Positions 52,860 through 64,000 of a stretch of DNA of 64,000 nucleotides are shown here, piece after piece. The first letter of the stretch is position 1. The number at the start of each line of letters is the position of its first letter. The position numbers were made by a program, and so were the translations under genes. The notes under the pieces are model-generated. The model made no database searches. It saw only the letters and a program-made list of their open reading frames with translations, and was not told the DNA's origin. This DNA comes from Basidiobolus meristosporus CBS 931.73. Its lineage: Eukaryota > Fungi > Basidiobolomycota. The DNA lies in assembly GCA_002104905.1 (NCBI GenBank), contig MCFE01000061.1:1-64000 (forward strand). The letters are read 5' to 3'.

Positions 52860-53929
52860 TGTGGTGGTGTATAGGTCCAAGGGAGAGATACATCCAACAC
52901 TTCTCAAGTGTTTCATGTGTGGGGTGTTCACTGGGTGCAATAACCTCTGGCAAAAGCTTGCTAGGAATACTTGGGTTCTGTCTCTAATCCAATATGATAG
53001 GGAATAAAGCCACCAGCTTGTCAAGGGAAAACTATTGAGCTACAATCCCCAACTTAGTTGGTTTCTCAACAAAAGTATGTGCTGGGTTCTGCATCCTTTG
53101 AGATGACAATGTACTAAAGCTTCCAAAGTCAAAACAACTGTAAACTCCACCAGCAGGGACTTGAGAAGAATGCAGCTGTGGTCAATAGTTACAAAGACAG
53201 AAAAGTATCTTGGCCTATACAAGAACAAACTTAGGAAAGAGTCAAATATAATAAAAGATACCTACTCTGAGTATTCCTTACAAGTAGTGCCTCCAAGGTC
53301 AGTTTGCTGTCAGTACAGTTTCCCGGGAGTGTCCTGTGGTCTGGGGTTGGAAGCTCAGGTAGCAGCAGGTAGCAGTGATCACACTAATCAACAAGTTGAT
53401 ATATTGATAAAAGGGATGTTGATTGATTGTTGAGGGATAGCCTCCCTTATATACTTTTCTTACTGGCTAAGTGGTTACTAATCATGGTGTTCCAGAAAGT
53501 TTTGGATATCAATAGAAATCTTAATGACATCAGAATGACCTAAGAATGTTCTGAGTAGGTGCCAGAAGGTTCTAAGAGGCACAGCGCATCCAACCAATCA
53601 GGAATCAGTATTCTGAAACCTGTGTAATACAGGGATACCATATATGGTATGGAAATGGTAGGGATGGTGACACGTGTTGATCATTTGTCATGGGTACTGG
53701 TGTGGGTACTTGCCTAATATAGAAGCACTTATAGCTACTAATCTTACCTAAAGTGAGGGGTATCTTATGCAATAAGGTAAGCAGGTGTGATAGTCAACAG
53801 CTTATGGGATAGTACTGATCAGATAAGACAAATGGGATAAAACTATAATAAGTGTAGTATAGATATAGGGAAGTAGAAAATATGGAAATGAGCACATCTG
53901 TCAGTGGGTGTCACTGTCACCCCATTACA
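52860..53929. mobile_element. Solo LTR of a second (probably gypsy) family inside copia B RT
   Basis: TGTGGTGG...CCATTACA, ~1.07 kb, splits SYSVGAV/TQH. Imperfect 4-bp TSD GCGG/GCTG. Confidence 0.7.
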
Positions 53930-54455
53930 GCTGTCACCCAACATAATCAGAGCTATAGATCTGATCATATTACACCAGTTAAGTACATTTTTAGATATCT
54001 AAAAGGAACTGCTGATATCTGCTTAAGTTACACTTATAAGGACCCAGAATAGGATCTTGTGGGATACTCTGATGCTGGTTTGGGACAAAACTTGGAAGAC
54101 AGAAGATCCACCACAGGATAAAACTTTCTTTACTGTGGAGGAGCAATTTCATGGAATTCAAGAAAGCAACCAACCATAGCACTTTCAACCACAGAGGCAG
54201 AGTCTATGACAGCCTGTGCAGCTACAAAGGAAGTAATGTGGTTGAGAAAGCTTTTTACAGATTTAGGCCTATGTCAAAAAGTGCCTATTACTTTATTTAA
54301 AGAAAATCAAGGATGTACACAAATCAGTAAAAATCTAACTTTTCATGCTAGAACTGAGCACATAGACATAAGACATCATTTCATACATGAAGCTATAGAG
54401 AATAACCCAGTTAGCTTAGTTTACTGTCCTTCAGATGAAATGATTGCAGACATAC

Positions 54456-54666
54456 TAGACTTGTTCCATTGTGCCATTGATCATAGCGCCAGAGAGCTCT
54501 GTATATTTTTTTATTAATTTGATATTTTAGGGTCAAATGCATGTCAATTTTGATCCCAAATTAGCACTGTATGGCACCATCTGGCACTCTGAGGCATGAT
54601 CAGGCACCATCTGGCATGCTATGGCACTATTGGGCACTATGATCAGCTGGAATGATGGAACAAGTC
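54456..54666. mobile_element. Short (~210 bp) foldback-family element inside copia B RNase H
   Basis: (TA)GACTTGTTCCAT...ATGGAACAAGTC with TAC on both sides. Removing it restores the ADILTEPL motif. Confidence 0.8.
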
Positions 54667-55529
54667 TACTCACTGAACCATTAGCTAGAGACAAGTTTGA
54701 ATATCTTAGGTCAAAATTATGACTAGACAGTATGAACATTAAGCTGAGTGGGAGTGTTCTAAAGATTTGTATTTCCACCCAAATATTCACCTAACTTAGT
54801 CACTTAGATCATTACCTTCAAATCCTTGAGAATACTTACCAAATTCCTTGTGGAAATTTACTTATTATATTTTCACCAAAATACCAGGTACCCAGAACAT
54901 GAAAATTCTCAAGGTTGTCCAAACAGCCCCAAACATTACACATGTTGTTAGGACCTTCCTTAACCTATTTTAAATGCTTGTTTTGCCAAGACCATGTAAA
55001 AGTATAAATACTACTTTGACATTCAAATAAAGCATTAAGTGAAAACCACATAATCTACTTGTCCTCCCATATTACTTCCAATATCTCCAAGACTCTTACA
55101 ACACTTAATGACATAGGCATAAGTGTCTCCATGTGCACATTGTCACTCAGTATTTTCCAACTCTTCCTGGCTGTTCTCCATGTGCCAACTCATCACATTC
55201 ATTACAGACTTGAAGGTAAGAATCTTGATGAGACTTGGATATAACAGTACCTGCAACTTGACTTGTGTACCCATCTCCTCACACATCCACTCCATAGGAA
55301 ACTCCCAAAAGGTGAAGCAAGGTCCAAAATTATCAACACACCAGGCAAGATGGAGTAGCAAATGGATGCAGCAGCGGCAGAGATCTATGCATTCAGCTTT
55401 ATATTTATAGCATAGCTGCTCAAATCCTGTCTCAAACTCTTTGCATAAAAGCTATAGATGCGCCAAGTTGGCATTGGTGATCCACATCTGTATAAATTAT
55501 CCTACAATGTCCACATATGACTCCCCATG

Positions 55530-57151
55530 CCCTACAAAAAATTATTATAATGATCCCGTCAAAAGGTCATCACAAAGTAAATTCCCATGACTAAAAGCTA
55601 TTGATCCCATCAGGACACTGCCAAGCAACCATTGAAATATAATTGCACCCCAAGTTTCACAACAAACTTGGTCAAAATTTTTCATCACAACAATGTATAA
55701 GTGGCTTTTGATTGGTTCCCTGCCTATTTGCTACTCTTGGATTGCAGACACTCTATCACCTCCTACATTTGTGTGCATTGATTGGTTATTGCCTCTTTTT
55801 CACACTCATTACTTCCTGACTCAACCATTTCTCATACTCTTCATGGATACAAATTGATTTATTTCTGTTGAAGCTTCAGTTGTACCTCAGTTGTATTGAC
55901 CTACATAAGTCCCTATACCCTACACTAATATTAAGTCCAACCTCACACTCAACAAGTAACTCCATTAAAATCCACCACTCAATAAGTATTTCTGTTGTAA
56001 CGCTCTGGTTCCACAACTTTGGCAGGAACCCACCGGCTTTGTGCCACTGTTCATTCACTGGTTCCCACATGTCCCGGTCTTCAGCCAGCACTGCAAGGTC
56101 TAGCACCTCATCTGCCAGTCTTTGCAAAAATCCTTGCAATATTCATGTGTGTTTTCTTGAGCACTGCTCTTGAAGAGGTGCTGCAACCACTTGGTGTGCC
56201 TATTAATGTTGCAATATTCCACTGAAGGTATGTTGATAGTGTTTTGAGTTTGTGATATTGTTGCTTTGTCTGTCAGTGGGATCTTCACTCTGTCTAAAAT
56301 GGAGGATGTGGAGGCTGTGGTAGACAAATTGCCTTTATCTGCAAACTCATCTACCTTGCTGGAGTGTAGTTCAACTGGCTGCACTTCCAACTCTTATGAA
56401 AACAGCTGCTTTCTTGTTGGTAATCCTTCTTAGCTATGACCATATTCAGTCCATTCCAGGCTCACGGTTTAATTGGCACATACTGCAGTTTTTTTTGCAT
56501 GCCTCCCTGTCTCAGGCCTGGGTAGACATTTTTCCCTTTACCTTTTCCTTTATCATTTTCAGGTCTTTCACTGCTACTTTGTCTGAGTGCTTCTTGTAGA
56601 GAACCACATTTCCCCCTTGATGAATTTGGCTCTGGCTCATCTGTTTTTGCCTGCTTGTCCCTTGCTGGCACTCTTCTGGCCACCTGACATTTCTTTTCCA
56701 TTTGTTTTAAGCTCTCAGCCATAGTTGTGATGGGCTCTTGTAAAAGCTGCTGGTTTTCATCACTGCCAGGCCCTTCACTGCTACTTTGGCTGAGTGCTTC
56801 TTGAGTAGAACCACACTTTTTCCTTGATAAATGTTGTGCTGGTGTATCAGTGTCTGACTGCTTGTCTCTAATTGACACTCTTCTAGCAACCTGACATCTC
56901 TTTGATGCTTGTTTGGAGCATTTGGCTGTGCTTGTAACAGGCTCTTGAGAAAGCTGCTGGTTTTCAGCCATGGCACCCTTGTTCTTCTACCTTTGATAGT
57001 TTCTGCTATTCTTAAGATACCTGCTTAGCATTCCAGTGCTGGCCCAAACTCAATTTGCCTGTTTAAATCAGGATAATGCTCATGGAACAAGCCAAGTACA
57101 TTCTGCTTTGCCTTGAGTTCCTGATGGTCCCATGGTGTGGTGGCCTTAAGG
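55530..57151 (-). mobile_element. CACTA/CMC-like element, copy 3, with the longest accessory ORF remnant; truncated by the gypsy insertion
   Basis: Terminus CCCTACAAAAAATTAT at 55530. ORFs 56462-56971, 56100-56390 and 55876-56139 are homologous to copies 1 and 2. Contains a 207-bp (69-aa) tandem repeat. Confidence 0.6.
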
Positions 57152-58315
57152 TGATGTGTAGTGTTGTATTATGATAAGTTTGGGGCTTATTCTACAATGT
57201 AGAGGCTAACCAACAATATACAACAACTTCCAGTATGCTGATACTGAAATAGTTTATTGGGAGTTTGACATACTGATAGAAGATGTAACATTCACTAATA
57301 TCTTCAATCTTAGGCTCAAAATATACTATAGACAGTGATTCTCACTTCTACAGCAGTGTTCTGACCTTCTGTCAATTAATGGGCTTATTTACTTTTATAG
57401 TAGCTTTTCCTTATCTGGAAGTCACTTTCCTTTCTGAGAGAATACTTCCTAATATGGAAACTCTGAACCCCCCTTTAACCTAAAGGGGTGTCTTTAGAGT
57501 AAAGGGGCTTCTTGTGGTGGTCTCCAAAGTTGACTTTACATCAAAGGGGTGCTTAAAGGGGCTTCTTTAGAGTAAAGGAGTTTCTTAAAGGGGTGTCTAA
57601 AGGGGTGTCTTTAGAGTAAAGGGGCTTCTTAGAGGGGGCTTTTCCAATAGAAAAGTGGTAGTTTCTTGCAGAACTTAGATTGGATACTTTTAGGCTTAGC
57701 AGTCTCTCTACCAATGAAGTACCAGTCAAAGTCAGAATATTCAACAGTGCAAGCAATGCAGGGGAAGTCTTATGATCTCTAAGCTTGTAATTGTAGTGTG
57801 GAGATTCTGGAAAGAGAGGCTCTCTTTTATTTTTCAGCTGGGGAAGTCATATACATGAAATATCTGAAGGATCAAAGTTTTTGGGAAATTGCACCAGCAA
57901 TACACATGATACAAAGCTAAAATTTTGCAGTGGTGCAGATCAGACATAGGCACAGCACCTGTTACATTTTCATGTGATTTGATAGGCCGGTTTGAAAGAT
58001 ACACATGATTAAAGTCACCATAGTAATCCTAGCAATAGAGACCTAGTATATATAATAATTGGACTCTTTTGGTCATAACTCCTGAAGTACTGCTTCAAGT
58101 GAGCTGCAATTTGAAACATGTGTTGGCTACTGCGTGTTCTGTATGACATAATATTCTTGGGTGGATTGCTTGTCAGGGCCTGGAGTATTTGTCCTTCAAA
58201 GCTGTAAACTCTTGATCTTTCACTTGTGTGTTACAATAGCAAAAGACAGAATAAAGAAATGCATGCAATATTGGTTTTGAGATATTGTGGTAATGGAAAG
58301 TATTCCATTACCACA
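57152..58315 (-). mobile_element. 3' LTR of gypsy family G1
   Basis: TG...CA, adjacent PPT (minus strand GTTAGGGGAGACT at 58316-58328), homologous to the solo LTR at 41796-42998. Confidence 0.9.
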
Positions 58316-61300
58316 AGTCTCCCCTAACTTTGAGAAGTAATGCCCTCATTATTAACTCTGATATGAAACTTCTTCAGTATGTTACCAGGTTGTGTCAGTG
58401 CAAGTGGTGTATCATCAAGTACTGCTAGTCTGTAAGATTCATCTTTGTTTGCATGTATGATCTTGTAGGGACCTTGCCATTGCATATCCAGTTTGAATAC
58501 CTTGTTTCTTTGGCTCTTGGTTTTGTTAAGTAGTATCAATTCACCTACTTCTAGCAATGTTTTACTTAGGCATTTTTGAGCATCAAGGTACTCCTAGTCA
58601 GCCATTCTAGATATCTTCAGGTTTTCTATTGCATTCTTTTGCAGAGTGTGTGCTTGTTGAATCTGTTGTACTCTTGCTAGCAATAGCTCTGATGTTGACC
58701 GGTTGGTTTCCATGGGATGGTAAGCCAATTTTCAAAAGATATGTCTATTGGCAAAACAGCTTCATGTCCATATAATAAAAAGATGGTGTATACCCTATAC
58801 TTCTTTTAATTGTAACTCTATCAGCCCAAATTGCTACATGAAAGTTATTTGCCCACTTGTTGGGTTCTTCACAGCTAAGCTTTGCTAATGTGTTTGCAAA
58901 AGCAAAATGTCCATGTTCAACTGGTGAATTTGCTTGTGGGTGATATGGCGTAACATGTATAAGCTTGGTTCCATGCTTCATTACTAGTTTTTGTATTTCA
59001 TAAGATCCACATTCTCCAATGTCTGCAATAAGTGTACCAACTGAACCATGTCTGAGATATACATCTTCTTTAAGAAATTTTGCTACTGCTTTTGCATTGG
59101 CTTGTTTCAGCATTCTAGCCTCTATCCAACCAGTAAAGTTATCACAACAGTCCACTACATACTTATACCCTGCTGTTGCCCTTGGTAAATGTATAATATC
59201 TACCTGTGCAATTTGCCAAGCATAAGATGTGTATATACAGTGAAGTGGCTCATGCATTCTTGGTTGTCTCTTCTTTGACATGGAATACATGACTTCACAT
59301 ATTCCTTTGTATCAGTGTACAGTGTTGGCCACAAATACTGTAAGGAGATTTTTGCATATGTTGATGTAATTCCCTTATGACCTCCTGATTCAGATTCATG
59401 TAATTCTTGAATGATCTTCTCTTGATCATGATTTTATGTATATCCTGTCAAGGAACTCCATGTTTGCTTTCTCTGAAAAGTGTGCTGTCATGCAGTATAA
59501 ACTTCAAAGCCTTCTTTTTGAAATTTGTGTGTTGATTTGTGTGAATATCATCAGAGGCTTTGAGTAGTATAAGAAATTCCTTGATTTGTTGATAATTGCA
59601 TTGTATCATATGTCTAAATGAGAATTCAAGATTTGTGTTTTCAAGAAACTCACCAATCTCATCATCATCAGTTGAGTATGGTGAATTTGGTTGCTTTCTA
59701 GATAGGCATCAGGTCCGTTGTGACTGGCCCCTGGTATGTGTTGCAGCATTAAGTCAAAGATCTGGATGTATGATATCCACCATGTTAGAATAGGATCAAG
59801 CAAAAGCTGGAACTTATTCAACATTCCTAATAATGGCTTGGCATCAACCTCCAGCATGAATTGTACTCCTAATAAGTATGGCTTTAGCTTTTTCAGTACA
59901 AAGAGTCCTCCCAGTGCTTCTTTCTAGATAGATGGATAGTTAAGCTCATTCCCTTTGAATAGTATACTAAGATATTTGCAATGTTGTTGATGATGAACTT
60001 TTGAAACTTGAATCATTATTCCACCATCCCAAATTCCAGAGCTATCAACTGATATAATGATTGGTTGTGAATTAATAACACAGTACTCTATAGCTGCTGA
60101 GACAGGTGGCTTTGATAATGACTCAAGCAAAGTTGACATAGCATTTGCCTATTCTTCATGCCATTCAATTTTCTGGTTTTTCTGTAATAGCTGAGTCAGT
60201 GGCTTAGAAAGTTGAGCATAGTTTTTGATCCAGATTCTGAATAGACCAGTAAGTCCTAATAGTTGTCTGACTTGATGAATATTACTTGGGGGCTTCCAAT
60301 TTAGTGCCAATGAAAGTTTTGCAGGATCAGGCAATCTCCCTTTTTCAGTAACAAGTTCACCTAGAATGATTGCTTTGTTGTAGCCAACCTTGCATTTGGC
60401 TCCAGATACAGTCAGACCAGCAGCTTGAAGTTTCTTCATGACCCTTTCAACAGTGCATATGTGATCATAAACATATCTTCTTACTTGAGGTAAGATATAT
60501 GATGTATCTTTTTCTCTGGACTTATTCTTAACTGCAATGTTATCAAGAAATGGTTTGCATATTTCAGGGAAACAGTCATCCAAAACCCAAATCATTGCAT
60601 GTTGATAATTTTGGACAGAGTTAGTCCATCTATGAGGAATTCTTATCATCCTTATGAGTCCTATTGGTGTATCCATAGCAGTGAAATCTCTTGGGTCAGG
60701 ATCCAGAAGTATTGGGTCATATCCTGAATAAAGATCCAATATGATAATCGGAGGATATCCAATAAATGACTCAATACACTCATGTTGCATGGGTGGTTGC
60801 ATAGCAGCTTTGATGGTAACCTTATTCAAATGCTGTACGTCTTGAGTAAACCACAGATTTCCATTTTTCTTCTATGGAATAAACCAAGGATTACAATAAG
60901 GTCCATAGTTATATTCAATGACTCCACTTTGAAATCTTGATAGTAGCATTTGAATTACTGTGATCAGTAATCTTCAGGGATTAGGATATAATCTCAGTGC
61001 CCATGGTGTATGTTCAACGGCATGGATCTTAACCATTGGAAATAGCTCTGTGGATAAAAATCCTCTTTGTGCATCATTAAATGCAAGGACATTGTCATGG
61101 CATTTTAGCATAGTCAAAAAGAGACTTTTCTCTTCAGTGGTAAGAGTAGTCCCAATAGCTAACTCTTTGGGGTTCTCTTCTGTGAGTCTAATTTTGTCAT
61201 ATTTGTGCAACGGCTCCATTTGAGGGCTGTTGTGGGCAGATGGTCAGATTCCAGTAGATACTGGCTGTGCTTTCAATGCAACTGGTTTATACTTGGTATT

Positions 61301-62510
61301 TGTTTTACTTATTGTCCATGGAATGAAGTGTTGATCATAAAACAAAATATCCTTATGAGCCTGAATATTTTGTAATCATAATTTTATGACTGTCAATATC
61401 AATATTCAATATTTGACAACAATATTGGCTATGTTCAGCAGATTCACAGTACACACAATATTTGGTTTGCTGTGGATAATTACCAGTTGTTTTGGGATTT
61501 TCTGGTCTTACCTTGTTGATGCTTGATGATGGTATGCTCTGAGAGTCCAACTTCAGCATCAGTTTTCCTAATGCCTCAATTAATTCATTAACCTGGTCAC
61601 TTTGTGGGTTATATGTACAATGAAGAATTTGTTTAGCTGGAGTGAAAATCTTCGCTTGATTGATAATTAAATTCATGACTTGTCTCCCTGATTAATAGTT
61701 TAACAACATTTGTTTAACATTGTAGTAGGAGCTTGTAGCCTGAACTTGGTGGCTAATAGCATTACATATCTCAGGAGGCATATTCATCAGAAAGTAGTTT
61801 CTTTGATAAAATCTTGGAATTCCTATAGTTGCCTCAGCATACCTTACTTTTGACTTAAACTTTTGAGTCTACTTTTGCAAGGTTGGGTCTTGTTGCAAGG
61901 CATTTCTAGCTCATTTAGAGTAGCAAACTGTGCTTTCTTTTGGTACTCAGCTCAAATAGCTTGTTGAGCAGTGTAGGCTTTCTGTGGGCTTTATCTTTGG
62001 GCACTGCATTGTGCTTCAAAGACTGTATGGTATTCATGTGCTGTTACATTAGAAAATGGCTCAATTCTTAGTTGTGACATTGAGCAACTTGGGTTCCTTC
62101 TGTGAGGCAAAAATACTGCTTTCTCTACCTGGCATATTGATTGCTCTACATGTATTATCCACTCATCCTGTTTCTGGGCTATTGCCTGATTTTTCTGGGC
62201 TATCCATCAACCCAATCAGCCACTGCACCTAATATTGCCTCATTAGAGCCTTGGTATGAGCTAACAATATACTTGCTAATATGGGTGGTGGTGATGTTAC
62301 GGTGACCACTTACTGGCCTTCAACCAAGGGTACTGCGTTTGCTACATTCTCATCTGCCTGAGCATAATGGTCAGCTTGTAACTCTGCAGAGGTTCTCAAT
62401 TGCCTACTTGACTCAGAGCCTGAGGAGTCCACATTATTACCTTCCATGGGCACACTGTTAACTGGGCCTTTTTTGGATATAGCCCTGCTTGTTGCAATGA
62501 ATGTCAAAGC
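58316..62510 (-). mobile_element. Degenerate Ty3/gypsy internal region (gag, RT, RNase H, integrase)
   Basis: gag knuckle CVYCESAEH; RT IILDLYSGYD...RDFTA...TPIGLIRM...WTNSV...PFLDN; RNase H IISVDSSGIWDGG and LEVDAKPL; integrase AQVDIIHLP...DNFTGWIEAR...YHPQANSPVE; C-terminal WQGPYKI. No 5' LTR found in the window. Confidence 0.9.
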
Positions 62511-63642
62511 AAGCTATTGTCCAACTTTTCTTCTGTTGTTGTCAGTGGTGGAGTTTGGTTGGAAACTAGACAACTTTGCTTTATTTTTTGGAGGTATATA
62601 TGTGCAAGTGAGTCAAACCAAATGGGAAATAGTGTTACATATACATGTGTAGGTGGTACCACAACTTTATTTATAATGCGTACTATGGCAGGTTACTGTT
62701 AAATCTTACATTCATGTAGGTGCAACGTCTCGAATACAAAACTGTCTTGAATTCACAAGAGTAGTGGCCAAAAAGGGATATAATAGTGTTGTATTGTTGA
62801 AGATCAAATTGTTTGCCCCATGGATAAGACTACTTTGACTCAACACCATAAGAGAAGAGAAAAAAGACCATTTGCTAATGTAGGAAGCCTCTCAGCCATG
62901 AAGCACATGGAGAGCATAGGAAGTATTACAAGGATCATGGCCAGTGTTTTGCCACACAGGTATATTTGACCATTCATGGGTCACTACTGTACCAACATTA
63001 TCTTGACATCCAGTTGATACTTCTATGTCAGCACCTGGCTGTCTTTGTAGCCTTGTGCAAGCTGAGTCAGGTGAGTTTGTGACGCCTTTAGGCTCACTTT
63101 AGCCCTCTAAATATAGCATGCAGAGTGATAGCTATGACAAAGAAGATTCATTGATGGATTGTGAGCCAATCTTCCCTAACAACAGTAACATATATGAGCC
63201 TGGTCTAATCCCAATATGCAATGAGATAACACCTGCTGAAACAAATGCCAAGGATTCTTTATGTAGCCAACTGAGCCCAGTATTCATCAACTGGTAATTG
63301 ATGTAATGTTGTAGCTAGAGAAGTGGCGCATTTTCACTAGTATCAGTAATGGGGGCTTTGAGGATTTAGTACTACTTCTTGCCAAAATTATTTGGGGATG
63401 CAACTCACCATGTATCCTAAAAAAACAAATTGAGAAAAGGCCAGCAAAACCCCATCATAGTATCAGCAGAATTCCAAGTTCCTCAAAACTGGCAACTCTC
63501 ATTATCTCTGTTCTGACCTAATGGGGAGGCAAGCAAACAGGTTCTCCAGGAGGAGACTGGCCAAATTAGCATCCATGCCAAATTTAGTAATTAGTTGCCC
63601 ATTACTTCCACCAAAAATTGCATTTGAAATTTTGAACCCAAG

Positions 63643-63695
63643 ACACCAGCTGAATACCAGCAAAATACCATCAGAATACCAGCAGGATACCAGCT
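63643..63695. repeat. Short tandem array of ~11-bp units (AATACCAGCAG-like, x5)
   Basis: acaccagctg aataccagcaa aataccatcag aataccagcag gataccagc. Confidence 0.6.
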
Positions 63696-64000
63696 AAAAA
63701 TCAGTTGAATTCCAAGATGGAGATTTTTCATTAGGGTACACGGTAAAAACAAACAACTTTCATGTGGCTGGCAACAAATGATCCAGAGATGTCCTGATTC
63801 CAGCATGTGTGAACAGTTGCATTGCATTCACATCCAATTATGCTACCATTGCAACAAGTCCAAATTGTAAGGAATCCACTGCCATTGAGGGAAAACATTG
63901 CTCACACTCCAGATATGTTCCAGATATACCCCATCTAGAGAAGCTCATGCAGTCCAAAAAATGCTGCAAGGCTATATAGTACCACACTCAGTATCAGTCA

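Larger units (their letters stand above)
48364..55103 (+). mobile_element. Full-length degenerate Ty1/copia LTR retrotransposon, copy B (same family as A)
   Basis: LTRs 48364-48714 and 54755-55103; TSD CTTAA at 48359-48363 and 55104-55108; PBS GGTGATGAGCCC at 48715; PPT CTGAGTGGGAG before 54755; gag/PR/IN/RT/RH remnants collinear with copy A. Confidence 0.95.
47396..55529 (-). mobile_element. CACTA/CMC-like element remnant with transposase C-terminal half, split by copia B
   Basis: Terminus CCCTATGAAAAATTATCTGGTCC at 47396. The minus strand at 55.5-55.1 kb reads FETGFEQLCYKY...CIHLLLHLAWCVDNFGPCFTFWEFPMEWMC, matching the Tnp2/EnSpm-type H.LLH...GP...W.F..ER pattern. Continues at 48363-47550 across the copia B TSD. 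Confidence 0.6.

Noticed and set aside
63721-63736. GATTTTTCATTAGGG, a possible partner terminus for CACTA-like copy 3
   Set aside because: It has an extra base, weak subterminal similarity and no TSD with 55530, so it is not called.

Overview
Eukaryotic, intron-rich fungal DNA. An early-diverging lineage (Mucoromycota/Zoopagomycota-like) is inferred from gene content and short introns; the species cannot be determined. The window has two sharply separated halves. Bases 1-37.8 kb are gene-dense and CpG-normal: eIF5A, TIM8, eIF2B-beta (GCD7), eEF2, a near-perfect 2.35-kb palindrome carrying two convergent identical CAP/SCP secreted-protein genes, a TMEM223 homolog head-to-head with lipin (PAH1), an orphan His-rich protein with a short helical motif, TACO1/YebC, two tandem secreted RlpA/expansin-like genes, MIC60 and an NDUFA9-like SDR. 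Bases 37.8-64 kb are a CpG-depleted nest of dead transposons: a CACTA/CMC-like family with CCCTA termini and an orphan accessory ORF, two full-length Ty1/copia copies (5-bp TSDs, half-tRNA-iMet PBS), a Ty3/gypsy element plus two solo LTRs, and three foldback elements with an unusual TAN target duplication. The most striking unexplained signals are (i) a 30-bp palindromic gypsy LTR terminus whose loop is inverted between two copies (flip/flop), (ii) the homogenised CAP gene palindrome, and (iii) the TAN-duplicating foldback family. All gene models and alignments were made by eye; no database searches were run.
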